Part shown: positions 62,262 to 64,000 of the stretch, one piece after another | How positions within the stretch are numbered: position 1 is the first letter of the stretch | Layout: every line of letters begins with the position of its first letter | Source of the DNA: Octopus sinensis | Taxonomy: Eukaryota | Direction of reading: 5' to 3' | Length of the DNA stretch: 64,000 nucleotides | NCBI RefSeq assembly: GCF_006345805.1 | Contig: NC_042999.1 | Coordinates: 28,334,001-28,398,000 of the forward strand | The notes under the pieces: generated by a model | The model's database searches: none | The model's input: only the letters and a program-made list of their open reading frames with translations | What the model was told of the DNA's origin: nothing | Translations under genes and position numbers: made by a program

Positions 62262-64000
62262 CGTGTGTGTGTATAAAGAGAGAGGGGAAAAAGAATCAGA
62301 TTGAAAAGGGAAAAGAAGCGATGAAATGAAGAAATAGTGGATAGAAAACCATAACGAGTAATGGTTGAACGTTAAGGAGTCTTATAGAATCTATTTGTTG
62401 TCTCCAATTTCTAAAGGTAGACGTCAAATACTTTTGTTCTTCAACCTTAAACAATGTAGCAGAAGAAATGTTCTGTCTATTGTCGACCAGATTACGCATA
62501 TTTACCTTCTTATAATACATTCAATGGAAAAAAGATAGCCCGATAGTAGAAAATTAGGTGGGAGGTATTGACCAGGAGACATTATCAATAATACAATACT
62601 TGTATTGTACTGTAGTGCAGATGGCCGTCACTGACATTGTATTGTGTTTATAGATGCTTACCCTTGGGCGCAGTCACAACACGCGCACTCTTCTTACTGT
62701 ACATTAATCGTTTACACATTGTTACTTCTGTCTACGTACACTCCCATTATATATTCCTTTTTAAAGTTCCAAACAAAGTTGAGAAATACATAGAACTAAG
62801 AAGGTGACAAAGCATACAGGTGGTTACTCAATATGCTAGATCTAGCAGCGGAATCACTCTCAAAACCTCAGAAAGGTGCAATACTGTATATTGCCGTCCT
62901 ATATATACTGATTGAAAATAACGTACGGGATAAGTATGGCAGGAACACATTTGCTGGTTCAGAGATGATTTGTAGATGACGGAGTCATAGTGTCAAAGTA
63001 CATCACGGCTAGACTTGACCTGGTGGCAAGACAAAGACAATGAAAAATCTCAAAATGCAGAATGAAATTCCGATCTTCTTTAACAGATGTTCTACTAAAA
63101 ATATTAAAATATACATATTCTGGCATTACGTGATCTCTGTTCCTGAGTATACCATCAGCATTTTTATAGATCATATCTATATTTTGATATGCATATTTTA
63201 TTTCCTATTTGGCAAACACTCTTTCTGTCAGGCAATGTGGTGTTGGTAATAAATTGTTTTAATGGGGTTGTTTTCAGGTTATTTAGTGGTGTAAATGATA
63301 TGAACTTGCATCTACTAAAAATTATACTGGGATCTTATATTAAGGACACTGATAGAACTACACAGTGGAGGGTTGACCTTCTAGAGATTGTATATATACC
63401 TCTACCATTTTGGATAATTTGATCCCTCCATGTACAAGTATTATCTTAGACACAATAGGAAGGGATGATCTCTAACATTTTTCAGGGTCTCCGAAATTGT
63501 TTGGACGTTGGCTAGCTCGGATGTTTATAAAAAAGTGGGTTTCATGAAATATTTTCAAGGACAAGCTGTTGGCGTGAAAACCGGCAGCGGATTAAGTGTA
63601 CAACTTAAAAATAGAAACGGTATACTCTATAGACTTTTTCACTGTATCACTTATCGAACTTCAGATACAAGGCTGTGGTGGATACAAATCTATGCTAGAA
63701 CAATACATTGAAGTTACCATGCTTTACAAAACATGCTGCTGCTAAGCAAACTATTTAATCACACAAGCACACCAGCTTTGTCATAAAAAGTTTCCAGCTT
63801 TAACTATAACTTCTTGTATATCCAGAACTATATTGTCCATGCTCCCTATTTTAAGATCACAGATAATGATTTGGGAAAATATAGCTTTTATTTCTAGTAG
63901 CTCGAGTGACCTCATAAAGTTCACTTCATCCAACGCCATACAGTTTATAGGCAATAGTCCTTACTTCACCAGTATTCTTTTCGTTGTCTTTCAACACAGG

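Overview
AT-rich, microsatellite-dense eukaryotic non-coding DNA. The tRNA-derived SINE families look like those I recall from octopus (cephalopod) genomes; this is recognition, not a database match. I found no convincing host protein-coding exon, rRNA, true tRNA or CRISPR array, and almost all ORFs in the track are microsatellite translations. The window is a layered transposon graveyard. It holds a near full-length but frameshifted R4/Dong-clade retrotransposon (RT, CCHC, restriction-like endonuclease) sitting in a (TAA)n array, many Penelope-like (RT/GIY-YIG) remnants, DD34D mariner and maT-like DNA transposons, two MITEs, L1/Tx1-like fragments and at least three SINE families, several with clear target-site duplications. 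The most interesting unannotated layer is a set of small non-coding elements carrying minimal type I hammerhead ribozyme (HHR) motifs. These include a spacer-less 158-bp palindrome with two HHRs (26827-26984) and a composite tRNA-like head-(TAA)n-HHR element (55534-55873) resembling a ribozyme-bearing SINE. Other oddities are a templated inverted duplication inside a transposase, a recurrent SINE dimer junction and fold-back copies of one repeat family. Boundaries of degenerate elements are approximate.
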